NCBI GenBank assembly: GCA_949297445.1
Contig: CASFSS010000007.1
Span: 8,042 to 72,041 of the forward strand
DNA from: an uncultured bacterium
Lineage (GTDB): Bacteria > Bacillota_I > Bacilli_A > RFN20 > CAG-826
DNA: 64,000 nt
Direction of reading: 5' to 3'
The notes under the pieces were generated by a model, which made no database searches, was not told where the DNA came from, and saw only the letters and a program-made list of their open reading frames with translations. Position numbers and translations under genes: made by a program. Shown here one piece after another: positions 50,881-59,797 of this stretch; position 1 is the first letter of the stretch, and every line of letters begins with the position of its first letter.

Positions 50881-51399
50881 TTATTTTTTCTTATTTTTGT
50901 TTTGGCTAGCTTTTAAATATGAATATCCACTGGAAGTGTACATTCTTGTCTTCTCTTGGTTATATTCTAAATGTCCTAAAACAATCATAATTAACGCGGC
51001 AATGATTTGTAATACAGCAATCAAGTAGATTGGCCAGCCGATGACATTACCATCGCTCATAACGGTCGTATAAATCAAGATGACCCAGCCTTGCATGGTG
51101 ACAAATAAAATGCCTGAAATTAACAATAAATAGCCGCCGACCATCTTTAAGCCAGATGATTTACGAGCAAAAATGAAGCAAATAAGTGCGAGCAAGGTAA
51201 GAATCAAGGCGATTATTCCCGCTGCGCTTGGGCGACCTAAATTGTTGTTATATAAATAAGAACTGGCACGGAAAATCAAGACATAACCCATAGAATCCTG
51301 ATTACGAAATACCCATGTTGGAATAAATAACAATCCGAAAGTGAGGACGCAAACACCAACGGCTATCCAATTTCCGAATTTCTCCAAAAATCCTTTCAT
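50881..51399 (-). CDS. Hypothetical integral membrane protein (four or five TM helices)
   Basis: Start moved to ATG at 51397-51399 (MKGFLEKFGNW...) with AGAGAGGA RBS. The track's TTG start at 51507 runs into tRNA-Gln. Confidence 0.5.
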   Translation of the reverse strand: MKGFLEKFGNWIAVGVCVLTFGLLFIPTWVFRNQDSMGYVLIFRASSYLYNNNLGRPSAAGIIALILTLLALICFIFARKSSGLKMVGGYLLLISGILFVTMQGWVILIYTTVMSDGNVIGWPIYLIAVLQIIAALIMIVLGHLEYNQEKTRMYTSSGYSYLKASQNKNKKK

Positions 51400-51431
51400 A
51401 AGTCTATCCTCTCTTTGTTCGTTAATAGTAG

Positions 51432-51506
51432 TGGTTGGGGCGACTGGGATCGAACCAGTGAATGGTGAGTTCAGAGCCCACTGCCTTACCGCTTGGCTAC
51501 ACCCCA
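51432..51506 (-). tRNA. tRNA-Gln (anticodon CUG)
   Basis: Reverse-strand cloverleaf TGGGGTGTAGCCAAGCGGTAAGGCA-GTGGG-CTCTGAA-CTCAC-...GTCGCCCCAACCA, with anticodon loop CUCUGAA and encoded CCA. Confidence 0.75.
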
Positions 51507-51523
51507 ACGGGATAAAGCATTAG

Positions 51524-51611
51524 TGGTGCCCAAGACCGGACTTGAACCGGTATGGTATCATCTACCGCAGGATTTTAAGTCCTGTGCGTCTACCTATTTC
51601 GCCACTTGGGC
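51524..51611 (-). tRNA. tRNA-Leu (anticodon UAA), long variable arm
   Basis: GCCCAAGTGGCGAAATAGGTAGACGCACAGGACTTAAAATCCTG...GGTTCAAGTCCGGTCTTGGGCACCA. Confidence 0.85.
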
Positions 51612-51614
51612 ACC

Positions 51615-51690
51615 TGGTCTCCCGTAAACGGTTCGAACGTTCGACCCCTTGATTAAAAGTCAAGTGCTCTACCAGCTGAGCTAACGGGAG
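51615..51690 (-). tRNA. tRNA-Lys (anticodon UUU)
   Basis: CTCCCGTTAGCTCAGCTGGTAGAGCACTTGACTTTTAATCAAGGGGTCGAACGTTCGAACCGTTTACGGGAGACCA. Confidence 0.85.
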
Positions 51691-51699
51691 GTGATTGTT

Positions 51700-51775
51700 T
51701 GGTTGGGGTGACTGGGATCGAACCAGTGAGATGACAGAGTCAAAGTCTGTTGCCTTACCGCTTGGCTACACCCCA
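51700..51775 (-). tRNA. tRNA-Gln (anticodon UUG)
   Basis: TGGGGTGTAGCCAAGCGGTAAGGCAACAGACTTTGACTCTGTCATC...GTCACCCCAACCA; close to B. subtilis tRNA-Gln. Confidence 0.85.
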
Positions 51776-51778
51776 AGA

Positions 51779-51862
51779 TGGTGGAGGAAGGTGGATTTGA
51801 ACCACCGAACCCTAAGGAACTGATTTACAGTCAGCCGCGTTTGGCCGCTTCGCTATTCCTCC
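51779..51862 (-). tRNA. tRNA-Tyr (anticodon GUA), long variable arm
   Basis: GGAGGAATAGCGAAGCGGCCAAACGCGGCTGACTGTAAATCAGTTCCTTAGGGTTCGGTGGTTCAAATCCACCTTCCTCCACCA; near-identical architecture to B. subtilis tRNA-Tyr. Confidence 0.85.
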
Positions 51863-51876
51863 AGCGAACCGCGTGA

Positions 51877-51952
51877 TGGTGGATGTTGAGGGGTTTGAAC
51901 CCCCGACCTCCGCCGTGTAAAGGCGATGCTCTCCCAGCTGAGCTAAACATCC
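51877..51952 (-). tRNA. tRNA-Val (anticodon UAC)
   Basis: GGATGTTTAGCTCAGCTGGGAGAGCATCGCCTTTACACGGCGGAGGTCGGGGGTTCAAACCCCTCAACATCCACCA. Confidence 0.85.
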
Positions 51953-51985
51953 ATCTTTAACGCGGACATCTACGCACGCTCAATA

Positions 51986-52015
51986 AGTGTATCACCACTT
52001 AAATGCGTAAGTCAA
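51986..52015 (-). promoter_or_regulatory. Putative sigma-A promoter for the tRNA operon
   Basis: Minus-strand TTGACT-18nt-TACACT about 30 nt upstream of tRNA-Val; the adjacent TTGTCA-N10-TGACAA inverted repeat at about 52044-52066 is noted. Coordinates approximate. Confidence 0.3.
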
Positions 52016-52092
52016 TGTGAAATTGCAGTTATCTTTTGTCATTAAAATTTTGTGACAAAATGATTTAAAAATATAAATATTTTTCACATTGA

Positions 52093-53373
52093 TTAATAAC
52101 CTTTTTTGCCAAGGAGATGAAACATATTTTTCTTATAAATTTCTACTCCGGGTTGGTTGAAAGGATTTATATGTAGCAAATATGCCGACATGGCACATGC
52201 TCGCATAAAAAAGTAAAATAGGTGGCCAAGATTATACGCATTCATCTCGTCCATTTCGATGATGATGTTTGGCACTTTGCCATCGGCCGTATGGGCTTCT
52301 AACGTTCCTAAAAAAGCTTTCTCGTTGACGAAAGATAATTTTTTGCCAGCAATGTAGTTCAAACCGTCAAGATCTTCATCGTCTTTTGGTATTTCGACAT
52401 CATTATTTGGTATACGAGGATAAATGATGGTTTCAAAAAGAATTTTGCTACCTTCTTGAATAAATTGTCCTAAACTATGCAAATCGGTAGAAAAGACAGC
52501 GGAATCAGGCAATAAGCCAAGTTCTTCTTTTCCTTCACTTTCGCCAAAAAGCTGTTTTAGCCATTCGCCAAGTTCGCGAAATTGGGGCTCATAGGTAACA
52601 AACATTTCGACCTTTTTGCCTGTCCGATAAAAGTGGTCGCGAATGACGGCATATTGGTAGCATTGATTAGTCATAATGTCGCCGTTATCGTACTCTTTCA
52701 TGGCGTCATAGGCACCTTCCATCAATTTGCTTATGTCGATGTCGGCGCACGCTAAGGGGAATAAGCCGACCGCGGTTAAGACGCTAAAGCGACCGCCAAT
52801 GTTGGCCGGCAAATTAAATGTTACATATTTTTCTTTGTTCGCCAATTCGCGCAACAAACCATTTTTGGCATCGGTGGTGGCAAAAATAGCTTTGCTAGCT
52901 TCCTCTTTTCCGAGCTTTTCTTCAAGCATTTGCTTTAATAGGCGGAAAGAAATTGAAGTCTCGGTGGTGGTGCCACTTTTCGATATGACATTTACGGCAA
53001 ATTTTTTGTTTTTTAAATATTCAAGTGTTTGATAAATATAATTTGGCGAAAGCGTTTGTCCCATAAAGATGATTTCAATGGAATCATTATTACGGAGCCC
53101 GTTAATCGCCTCGATGGCAGCTCGCGCGCCAAGATAGGAACCGCCAATACCGGCGACGACTAGCACTTCAAAATTAGTTCTCACATAATTTGCCCAACGC
53201 TTTATTTTGGCAAATTCTTTTTTATCGTAAGTTTTAGGATAGTCGCGCCAGCCTAAAAAATCTCCCCCAGGTCCCGAGGCATCATTAATCATTGTATTGA
53301 TGGCTTTAACGTCGTTACGATATGATTGCCAGTTAATCTGGGTCAAAGTATGATTTGTGTTAACTAAAAACAT
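52093..53373 (-). CDS. pgi: Glucose-6-phosphate isomerase
   Basis: N-terminus MFLVNTNHTL...GDFLGWRDYP aligns with Bacillus Pgi. Start moved to 53373 with AAGGAAGGA RBS; the track extension from 53400 would overlap the upstream gene. Confidence 0.92.
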   Translation of the reverse strand: MFLVNTNHTLTQINWQSYRNDVKAINTMINDASGPGGDFLGWRDYPKTYDKKEFAKIKRWANYVRTNFEVLVVAGIGGSYLGARAAIEAINGLRNNDSIEIIFMGQTLSPNYIYQTLEYLKNKKFAVNVISKSGTTTETSISFRLLKQMLEEKLGKEEASKAIFATTDAKNGLLRELANKEKYVTFNLPANIGGRFSVLTAVGLFPLACADIDISKLMEGAYDAMKEYDNGDIMTNQCYQYAVIRDHFYRTGKKVEMFVTYEPQFRELGEWLKQLFGESEGKEELGLLPDSAVFSTDLHSLGQFIQEGSKILFETIIYPRIPNNDVEIPKDDEDLDGLNYIAGKKLSFVNEKAFLGTLEAHTADGKVPNIIIEMDEMNAYNLGHLFYFFMRACAMSAYLLHINPFNQPGVEIYKKNMFHLLGKKGY

Positions 53374-53377
53374 ATAT

Positions 53378-53737
53378 TTATCCTTCCTTTGCTTCTTCAA
53401 TCCAAGTTTTTAGATGCTCATTAAGAGCTGTAAAATCAATGGCTGAAGAATCAATTTCAACTCGTTTTTCTCTTTTATTGCGATATTGTTCTTTTTCCGC
53501 ATCTGAAATTTTGTTCATCGATACTTTTAAAAAACCATCATCGGCAATATCGATTATTTTAACTTGATAGGTTCGGCCAACATGCATAAATTTTTTGATA
53601 TTTTTAATGAACGAAAACGAAATTTCTGAAATGTGCAATAAGCCTAAACGATTGTCGTCGAAAAGAACAATTACCCCATATGGTCGTAGTTCAATGGCAG
53701 TGCCTTCGACAATATCACCTATTTTATATTCTGGCAT
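53378..53737 (-). CDS. S1 RNA-binding domain protein (YugI / general stress protein 13-like)
   Basis: S1 domain IGDIVEGTAIELRPYGVIVLFDDNRLGLLHISEIS; 119 aa. Confidence 0.75.
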   Translation of the reverse strand: MPEYKIGDIVEGTAIELRPYGVIVLFDDNRLGLLHISEISFSFIKNIKKFMHVGRTYQVKIIDIADDGFLKVSMNKISDAEKEQYRNKREKRVEIDSSAIDFTALNEHLKTWIEEAKEG

Positions 53738-53745
53738 GTAGATAA

Positions 53746-54429
53746 TTATTCTCCCTTTGTTAGTGCATCTAAAATTACAACATCTTCTTTTGTCGTCACT
53801 TTGAGCAACTTTTTATTGCCGAGCACAACGCCGACTTGATGGCCGATAGCGAGCACCAATTGACAATCGTCACTATACGATTTATTGACAGCGTTTTTGT
53901 GGGCGGCATAAATTAGACCAAAGCGGAATGTTTGAGGCGTTTGCACTTGATATAAGTGAGAGCGATCGGGAACGTTAGCAATGGTCATGCCATCTTCGCT
54001 ATAAGCGATTGTATCAGAAGGAGGAATGGCGGTGGTCAAAGCCTCGTATTGTTCCATCGCGGAAATATGCCCACTAATAATCGCTTCATCTACGAACGGT
54101 CGAGCGCCATCATGAATCATCACTATATCGTCATCTTTGAGACTCGATGATAAAAATTTGAGAGCATTAAAGGAGGATTCTTGTCGAGTATTTCCACCAT
54201 TAACGATAAATTTAACCTTTTTGAATTTACTTTTAGTCACTAATGTCGAGACTGCTTCTGCGTGCTCTTTTTTGGCTACTAAAACGATCGCATCGATGCA
54301 TTTTGCCTCTTCGAACGATTTGATTGTGTAATAAATTAAAGGATGAGAATTTAAAGTATAAAATTGTTTAGGAAACTCTTCGCCGAAGCGAACACCGCTC
54401 CCCGCTAATAGAATAATGGCAACGCGCAT
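53746..54429 (-). CDS. ispD: 2-C-methyl-D-erythritol 4-phosphate cytidylyltransferase (IspD/TarI family)
   Basis: N-terminal ILLAGSGVRFG nucleotidyltransferase motif; 227 aa. Not adjacent to ispF in this genome. Confidence 0.75.
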   Translation of the reverse strand: MRVAIILLAGSGVRFGEEFPKQFYTLNSHPLIYYTIKSFEEAKCIDAIVLVAKKEHAEAVSTLVTKSKFKKVKFIVNGGNTRQESSFNALKFLSSSLKDDDIVMIHDGARPFVDEAIISGHISAMEQYEALTTAIPPSDTIAYSEDGMTIANVPDRSHLYQVQTPQTFRFGLIYAAHKNAVNKSYSDDCQLVLAIGHQVGVVLGNKKLLKVTTKEDVVILDALTKGE

Positions 54430-54430
54430 T

Positions 54431-55291
54431 TTATTCTCCTTCCTTTTGTCTTCTTAATTCTTTACGTAACAAATTTTCTTCTTTTTTCTTTAACGTGTAA
54501 TTAATAGCAATGCTATCAATGATTAATTTCATCGTGTTTTCTAAGTCACTGCCTTCACTATAATCGGCGACGCAGGCGTAATTGACGCGTTCTCCGCGAA
54601 GAAGATTAGAGACGGTTTTGCGGTCTTTTTTGTTATAAACGGCAATTGATTTGCCACCATTTTGTTTTACTAACACCATGCATGGCACGTCAGTCATTCC
54701 ATCCCCTAAATAAACAATGTTTTCGTAGGGAATTCGTCTACCAATTGTTTTTTCATTTACTTTATTATCGTCTTCACGCTTTCCGACACCTTTTGAAATG
54801 CGGAAAAAATATTGGGTTTTTTGCGTATAATTGATGGCTAATTTAGGCCATACCGGTAAACCGGTTTCTGGATCATAATAGAACTCGCATCCATATATTT
54901 CTTTAAATTCTTTAGCGATTGTACATCCATCTATAATTTCTTGTGTACCAGAACTAACTAAATAGTGTTCAACTTTTATACCATATTTCGCACCATAATC
55001 GTTAATTCGTTTAAACCAAGTTTCCACGCCGTTAAAGTAAACGATATCTTTTCCTAGCGAGTTTAACCATTTACGAGTGAGGTTTATTCCTTTTTCTCTT
55101 GCTAGTTTAATCATCATATACATATATGATAAAATGCGTTCGCAGCCCGTTTTGGCAGAAAATTCTCCAGTTGCCCCCCAAAATTCATTAGGAGTCATTC
55201 CTAAAGCGGGGATGAAACCATAATTTTGCATATCGGAAGTGCATAGTGTTTTATCGAAATCATATATGATAGCCATTATGATTTTTTTCAT
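54431..55291 (-). CDS. HAD-superfamily hydrolase (DxD motif DFDKTL; GDGMTD)
   Basis: HAD motifs I and IV present with a large cap domain; substrate unknown. Confidence 0.7.
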   Translation of the reverse strand: MKKIIMAIIYDFDKTLCTSDMQNYGFIPALGMTPNEFWGATGEFSAKTGCERILSYMYMMIKLAREKGINLTRKWLNSLGKDIVYFNGVETWFKRINDYGAKYGIKVEHYLVSSGTQEIIDGCTIAKEFKEIYGCEFYYDPETGLPVWPKLAINYTQKTQYFFRISKGVGKREDDNKVNEKTIGRRIPYENIVYLGDGMTDVPCMVLVKQNGGKSIAVYNKKDRKTVSNLLRGERVNYACVADYSEGSDLENTMKLIIDSIAINYTLKKKEENLLRKELRRQKEGE

Positions 55292-55430
55292 TAATTGATA
55301 CTCCTCTTCATTTAATATAACGTGCTATAAGATTATCATAACTGATAATATTAAGTCAAATTATCCTCACAAACTAAATGTTATTTATTTTCGTTTGTTT
55401 TATAGTAAAATTGACATTTGGTAGTTAACG

Positions 55431-55985
55431 ATGAGCACATTAGTAATTTTGTTAGAAACATATCAAACGGTTATTATCTCAATAGTCGCTTCGCTTGTGG
55501 GACTATATATTTTAGCATTTATTGCGGCGCTTTTTTTTGCTCTCCATTTTCGAAAAAAAATTCAAAAAAGAAGTAACATCATTAATATGCTAATAAGTGA
55601 GAGAAAAGATGCAATTAATCAAATAATTAAATTTGCAGAAAAAAATGACTTAGAAATTAAACAAATTCATAAGAAAAATATTACTAGATTAGAGCGAATT
55701 AATGATTTTCAAAAGTTAGAAAAAAAGGACCGCGATGCGCGCATATTGGATTTTTTGTATTCTAGTTCGACAATCGTTTCTATTTGTTCGACTGTCGAGA
55801 ACATTAATAAAAGTGATACCTTTCAGGAATTATTATTGACATTTAACGATGTCGAAGGCATCTATCGAAAAAATTGTGGAATTTATAATTCTGATATTGT
55901 CGGATATAATTACTGGGTCAATTTGTTAGGATATCGTTATTTATTTAAACTTTTTCGGTTGAAGACAAAAGATTTAATTGTATAA
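55431..55985 (+). CDS. LemA family membrane protein
   Basis: N-terminal TM plus a LemA-like C-terminal region (...GIYNSDIVGYNYWVNLLGYRY...); 184 aa. Confidence 0.65.
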   Translation: MSTLVILLETYQTVIISIVASLVGLYILAFIAALFFALHFRKKIQKRSNIINMLISERKDAINQIIKFAEKNDLEIKQIHKKNITRLERINDFQKLEKKDRDARILDFLYSSSTIVSICSTVENINKSDTFQELLLTFNDVEGIYRKNCGIYNSDIVGYNYWVNLLGYRYLFKLFRLKTKDLIV

Positions 55986-56017
55986 AAAAACAGACACTAT
56001 GTGTCTGTTATTTTTTT
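55986..56017. terminator. Bidirectional rho-independent terminator shared by lemA (+) and tRNA-Leu (-)
   Basis: A7-cagacac-tat-gtgtctg-tta-T7 gives a perfect hairpin flanked by A-run and T-run. Confidence 0.7.
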
Positions 56018-56019
56018 GC

Positions 56020-56104
56020 TGGTGCGCTGAATGAGAATTGAACTCACACAGGTTGCCCTATACGCCCCTCAAACGTACGCGTCTACCAGTTCCGCCATCA
56101 GCGC
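56020..56104 (-). tRNA. tRNA-Leu (anticodon GAG), long variable arm
   Basis: GCGCTGATGGCGGAACTGGTAGACGCGTACGTTTGAGGGGCGTATAGGGCAACCTGTGTGAGTTCAATTCTCATTCAGCGCACCA; D-arm identical in type to B. subtilis tRNA-Leu. Confidence 0.8.
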
Positions 56105-56128
56105 AGCGGAAAAATTATAAAACAAATT

Positions 56129-57556
56129 TTAAATAGCGACAAGGTTAAAGATATAGACGCAAATGCCGAAGTAAATTAATAGCGAGCAAATATCGATGAT
56201 TGTGGTGACGAAAGGTGAAGAGATTAAAGCTGGATCTAAATGAATTAATTTGATGAATAAGGTAAAGCAGCAGCCAATTACGCGTGCTAAAATTACGGCT
56301 ACTAGCATCGTAATTGATACGATGCCAGCAATGGTGGCGCGCATGGTAAATATTTCTAATCCGGTGGCAGTGGCCAAAATTTCGGCATCCGGATAAGAGA
56401 CGATACCAATATACATTTCTATTAAGAACCAAGCAAAACCGATGACTGACACAAATAAGCCAGCCAAGAAACCAACGCGAATTTCCTTCCAAAGAATTTT
56501 GAGAAAATCTTTTGTCTTTAGTTCGCCGACGGCAAGGCCGCGAACTATCAAAGTGATAGATTGACCGCTCGCGTTGCCTCCGGTATCCATTAATGTTGGA
56601 ATAAAAACAGTTAAAACGGGTAAAGCGGCCAAGGCGTTTTGGGCGCTAGAAAGAATTAACGAAGTGAATACTCCTAATATCATCAAGCAGACGAGCCACG
56701 GAGCGCTCTTAATTGACATTTTAAAGACCGATGTTTTTAGATACGAATCTTCCATCGGACTAACTAATGCCATTTTTGAAATATCTTCGGTCGCTTCTTG
56801 TTCGATGACATCGACAGCGTCGTCGATTGTGATAATTCCTGTCAAACATTCATCGTCATTAGTGACGGCAATCGCGTGCAAATCATAACGTTTAAATAAT
56901 CCAGCCACTTCTTCTTGGTCGGTGTTGACGTTGACTGTCACAAAGTCTCTTTCCATGATATCTGATATTATTTCGTTGCCTTTGGCAAAAACTAGAATAT
57001 CTAAGCCTAATGTGCCGACAAGATGACGTCTTTCGTCGCGAACAAAAAGGGTGTAGACGGTCTCTTTTTCACGACCAATTTTTCTAATTCTTTCAATTGA
57101 TTCATTGACGGTCATGTTTTGTTTTAAATCAAGATATTCCGTGGTCATGATAGAACCGGCGGTGTTTTCTTTATAATTCAACAAACGGTTAATATCGTTG
57201 CGTTTGGTCTTGTCGACATTTCGCAATATTCGATTGACCATATTTGCCGGTAAGTCTTCGATAAAATCGACAATATCGTCAGTAAATTGATCATCTAATA
57301 GATTGACCAATTCAGCATCGGACATAGTTTTGATTAGCTCTTCCTTTTTTTCGGAACTCAAATCGGTAAATAGTTCAGCGGTATATTCACTTTTGACAGT
57401 TTTAAAAATGAAAACCAATTTCTTTATATCGTCGATTTGATCGCATACTTCCGCAATATCAATTGTCGGTATTGTTTCAAATATTTCGCGAATATCTTTT
57501 ACTTTCTTTTCTTCGATGAGATTTAATAGTTCATCGAGAGTGATGCTTTTTTCCAT
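56129..57556 (-). CDS. mgtE: Magnesium transporter MgtE
   Basis: MgtE N-domain, tandem CBS domains, and C-terminal five-TM MgtE pore. Start moved to the internal Met (MEKSITLDELL...) at 57556 with GGAGGAGG RBS; the track's 101-aa N-terminal extension is non-coding. Confidence 0.9.
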   Translation of the reverse strand: MEKSITLDELLNLIEEKKVKDIREIFETIPTIDIAEVCDQIDDIKKLVFIFKTVKSEYTAELFTDLSSEKKEELIKTMSDAELVNLLDDQFTDDIVDFIEDLPANMVNRILRNVDKTKRNDINRLLNYKENTAGSIMTTEYLDLKQNMTVNESIERIRKIGREKETVYTLFVRDERRHLVGTLGLDILVFAKGNEIISDIMERDFVTVNVNTDQEEVAGLFKRYDLHAIAVTNDDECLTGIITIDDAVDVIEQEATEDISKMALVSPMEDSYLKTSVFKMSIKSAPWLVCLMILGVFTSLILSSAQNALAALPVLTVFIPTLMDTGGNASGQSITLIVRGLAVGELKTKDFLKILWKEIRVGFLAGLFVSVIGFAWFLIEMYIGIVSYPDAEILATATGLEIFTMRATIAGIVSITMLVAVILARVIGCCFTLFIKLIHLDPALISSPFVTTIIDICSLLIYFGICVYIFNLVAI

Positions 57557-57692
57557 TGTTAATAACCTCCTCCAAAGAAAAGTATATTTACTTTGGAAGA
57601 AAAAAAGAAACGAAAAAATAAAAAAAGTGTTTTCTAACGACATTATTAGACAAATAAGTGTTACAATACTAGCGTTGAGAGGACGATAAAAG

Positions 57693-58271
57693 ATGAATAA
57701 ATTTATTGTAGAAACTAGCGCGCGCCACATACATGTCACTGATGAAACATTGCGAATTTTATGTGGCGAAGACGCTAAATTAGAAGTTAAGAAAATGCTA
57801 TCCCAGCCGGGACAATTTGCCTCGACAACTAGATTAAATCTCGTTGGTCCTAAAGGCACAATTTCCGGCGTTTCTATTCTCGGCCCAACTAGAAAAGTAA
57901 ACCAAGTTGAGGTTTCTTTTACAGATGCTAGAACGCTAGGAATTGTTCCGCCGATCAGAGAATCTGGCGACGTAAAAGGTTCTTCCCCGATTAAAATTGT
58001 TGGTCCGTGTGGTTCCGTCGAATTAAGTGAGGGATTAATTGTCGCTAAGCGTCATATTCATATGACAGAAGACGACGCGAAGAAATTTTGTGTTCATAAC
58101 GGAGAAATTGTCCAAGCGGTGCTTGAAACAAAAGATCGCAAATTGATTTTTGATGATGTGGTCGTTCGTGTCAGCAATAATTATGCTCTTGCCATGCATA
58201 TTGATACCGATGAATGCAATGCTGCTAATGCTGCTGGCTTGGTTTATGGTCACCTTTTAAAAGATGAATAA
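57693..58271 (+). CDS. pduL: Phosphate propanoyltransferase / acetyltransferase PduL-EutD-like (PF06130)
   Basis: Duplicated PduL half-domains with ARHIH and KRHIHM motifs; 192 aa. Confidence 0.85.
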   Translation: MNKFIVETSARHIHVTDETLRILCGEDAKLEVKKMLSQPGQFASTTRLNLVGPKGTISGVSILGPTRKVNQVEVSFTDARTLGIVPPIRESGDVKGSSPIKIVGPCGSVELSEGLIVAKRHIHMTEDDAKKFCVHNGEIVQAVLETKDRKLIFDDVVVRVSNNYALAMHIDTDECNAANAAGLVYGHLLKDE

Positions 58272-58312
58272 TTTTAATTGCAAAACGCCCCATTATATTG
58301 TTAAATCTTTAT

Positions 58313-58462
58313 AGACGAATTTCGTCTCATCAAGAACCACTTATTGGGAATGAAAAAAAGTGGTAGCAACTCTCTTAGTAGTAAGTGCTCTTCCTAGCGA
58401 ACATTTGTTCGAACGATGAGAAAGTTTGATTACCATAGCTTTCCATCGTGAAAGCTTTTTTT
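58313..58462 (+). promoter_or_regulatory. SAM-I riboswitch (S-box) with intrinsic terminator, leader of metK
   Basis: P1 halves TCTCATC (58325-58331) and GATGAGA (58425-58431); kink-turn/P2 region ...CCACTTATTGGGAATGAAAAAAAGTGGTAGCAAC; P3-like AAGTGCTCTTCCTAGCG; terminator agctttc-catcgt-gaaagct plus T7 at 58437-58462. Upstream promoter TTGCAA-17-TTAAAT at about 58277-58305. Confidence 0.75.
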
Positions 58463-58487
58463 GACTATATAAAGATAGGAGATTAAT

Positions 58488-59675
58488 ATGAAGTACCGAT
58501 CCAATTTATTTACTAGCGAGTCTGTTTCCGAGGGTCACCCCGACAAAATATGCGATCAAATCGCCGACGCCATTTTAGATTATGCGATTGCTCATGATCC
58601 GACCAGCCGTGTGGCTTGTGAATGTTTTGCCTCCACTAATCATTTAATAATTGGTGGTGAAATTACTTCTAATGCTCACATTCCTTATGAAGAAATAGCG
58701 CGCGAAGTAATTAAAAATATCGGTTATGACAAAGAAGAATATCAATTTTCTTATCAAAGTGTGGTCATTGATAATTTAGTAAAACAACAATCAAGCGACA
58801 TAAAGAATAGTGTCGATAGCGATAATTTATTGACAATTGGTGCTGGCGACCAAGGAATAATGTTTGGCTACGCTTCTAATGAGACAGAAGGCTATATGCC
58901 ACTAGCAATTTCCATCGCTCATAAACTTGTTCGCGTCGCTTCAAATCTTAGAAAAAAAGGTTGTTTCCCATATGCGCGTCCCGACATGAAATCGCAAGTT
59001 ACCATCGATTATAGTGATCCCCATCACATCATTGTCGATACCGTTATTATGTCCATTCAACACGATCCGGATTATGACGAAAAGAAATTTAAACAATTTA
59101 TTATTGATAAAATTGTCAAACCAACTCTCGATTCTTTTTCGGCCGATTATTCAAACACCAAGTATTTAATTAATTCGTCCGGTCGCTTTGTTATCGGCGG
59201 GCCAGCTGGCGATAGTGGCTTGACAGGTCGTAAGATTATTGTAGATACCTATGGAGGTGCATCTCGCCACGGTGGTGGTTCTTTTTCCGGCAAAGATCCT
59301 AGCAAGGTGGATCGAACAGCCACTTATATGTGTCGCTATATCGCTAAAAATTTAGTTGCTAGCCAGGTGGCGGATCGACTAGAAGTGCAACTTGCTTACG
59401 CGATTGGCCGTTATGAACCGGTTTCAATATCCATTTCTACTTTTGGCACCGGGCATTATTCAGATGAAACGATACTAAAAGTAATCGAAAGGTTTTTTGA
59501 TTTGCGACCGGGCGCCATCATTGAAAAATTTTCTTTGTTGAAACCGTCGTTTAAATACGCTGATTTATCAAATTATGGACACTTTGGTCGTCCGGATTTA
59601 GATTTGCCGTGGGAAAAATTAGATTTGGTGCCACAAATCAAAGAATTTTTGCAAACATTGCCAAAAAATGCGTAA
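58488..59675 (+). CDS. metK: S-adenosylmethionine synthetase
   Basis: GHPDKICDQI, GAGDQG and GGGSFSGKDPSKVDRTA motifs; 395 aa. Confidence 0.95.
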   Translation: MKYRSNLFTSESVSEGHPDKICDQIADAILDYAIAHDPTSRVACECFASTNHLIIGGEITSNAHIPYEEIAREVIKNIGYDKEEYQFSYQSVVIDNLVKQQSSDIKNSVDSDNLLTIGAGDQGIMFGYASNETEGYMPLAISIAHKLVRVASNLRKKGCFPYARPDMKSQVTIDYSDPHHIIVDTVIMSIQHDPDYDEKKFKQFIIDKIVKPTLDSFSADYSNTKYLINSSGRFVIGGPAGDSGLTGRKIIVDTYGGASRHGGGSFSGKDPSKVDRTATYMCRYIAKNLVASQVADRLEVQLAYAIGRYEPVSISISTFGTGHYSDETILKVIERFFDLRPGAIIEKFSLLKPSFKYADLSNYGHFGRPDLDLPWEKLDLVPQIKEFLQTLPKNA

Positions 59676-59797
59676 TTCCCCAATATTTTACTAAAAAATA
59701 ACTTTTTAATTTTTCATAAAAACTCTATTTTTTCTTTTTTAGTTAAGCGATAATATAATTAGCTAATTTCAATGAGAAATTTGGAAAGGAGCGAAAA

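Noticed and set aside
50881-51507. Track ORF start (TTG at 51507) for the minus-strand membrane protein
   Set aside because: That N-terminal extension runs straight through tRNA-Gln(CUG). An internal ATG at 51397-51399 with a good RBS gives a sensible membrane protein.
57557-57692. Possible Mg2+ (M-box / ykoK) riboswitch upstream of mgtE
   Set aside because: The mgtE leader is only about 135 nt and lacks the conserved M-box core motifs. It shows only a short hairpin (ccaaag...ctttgg) next to the RBS.
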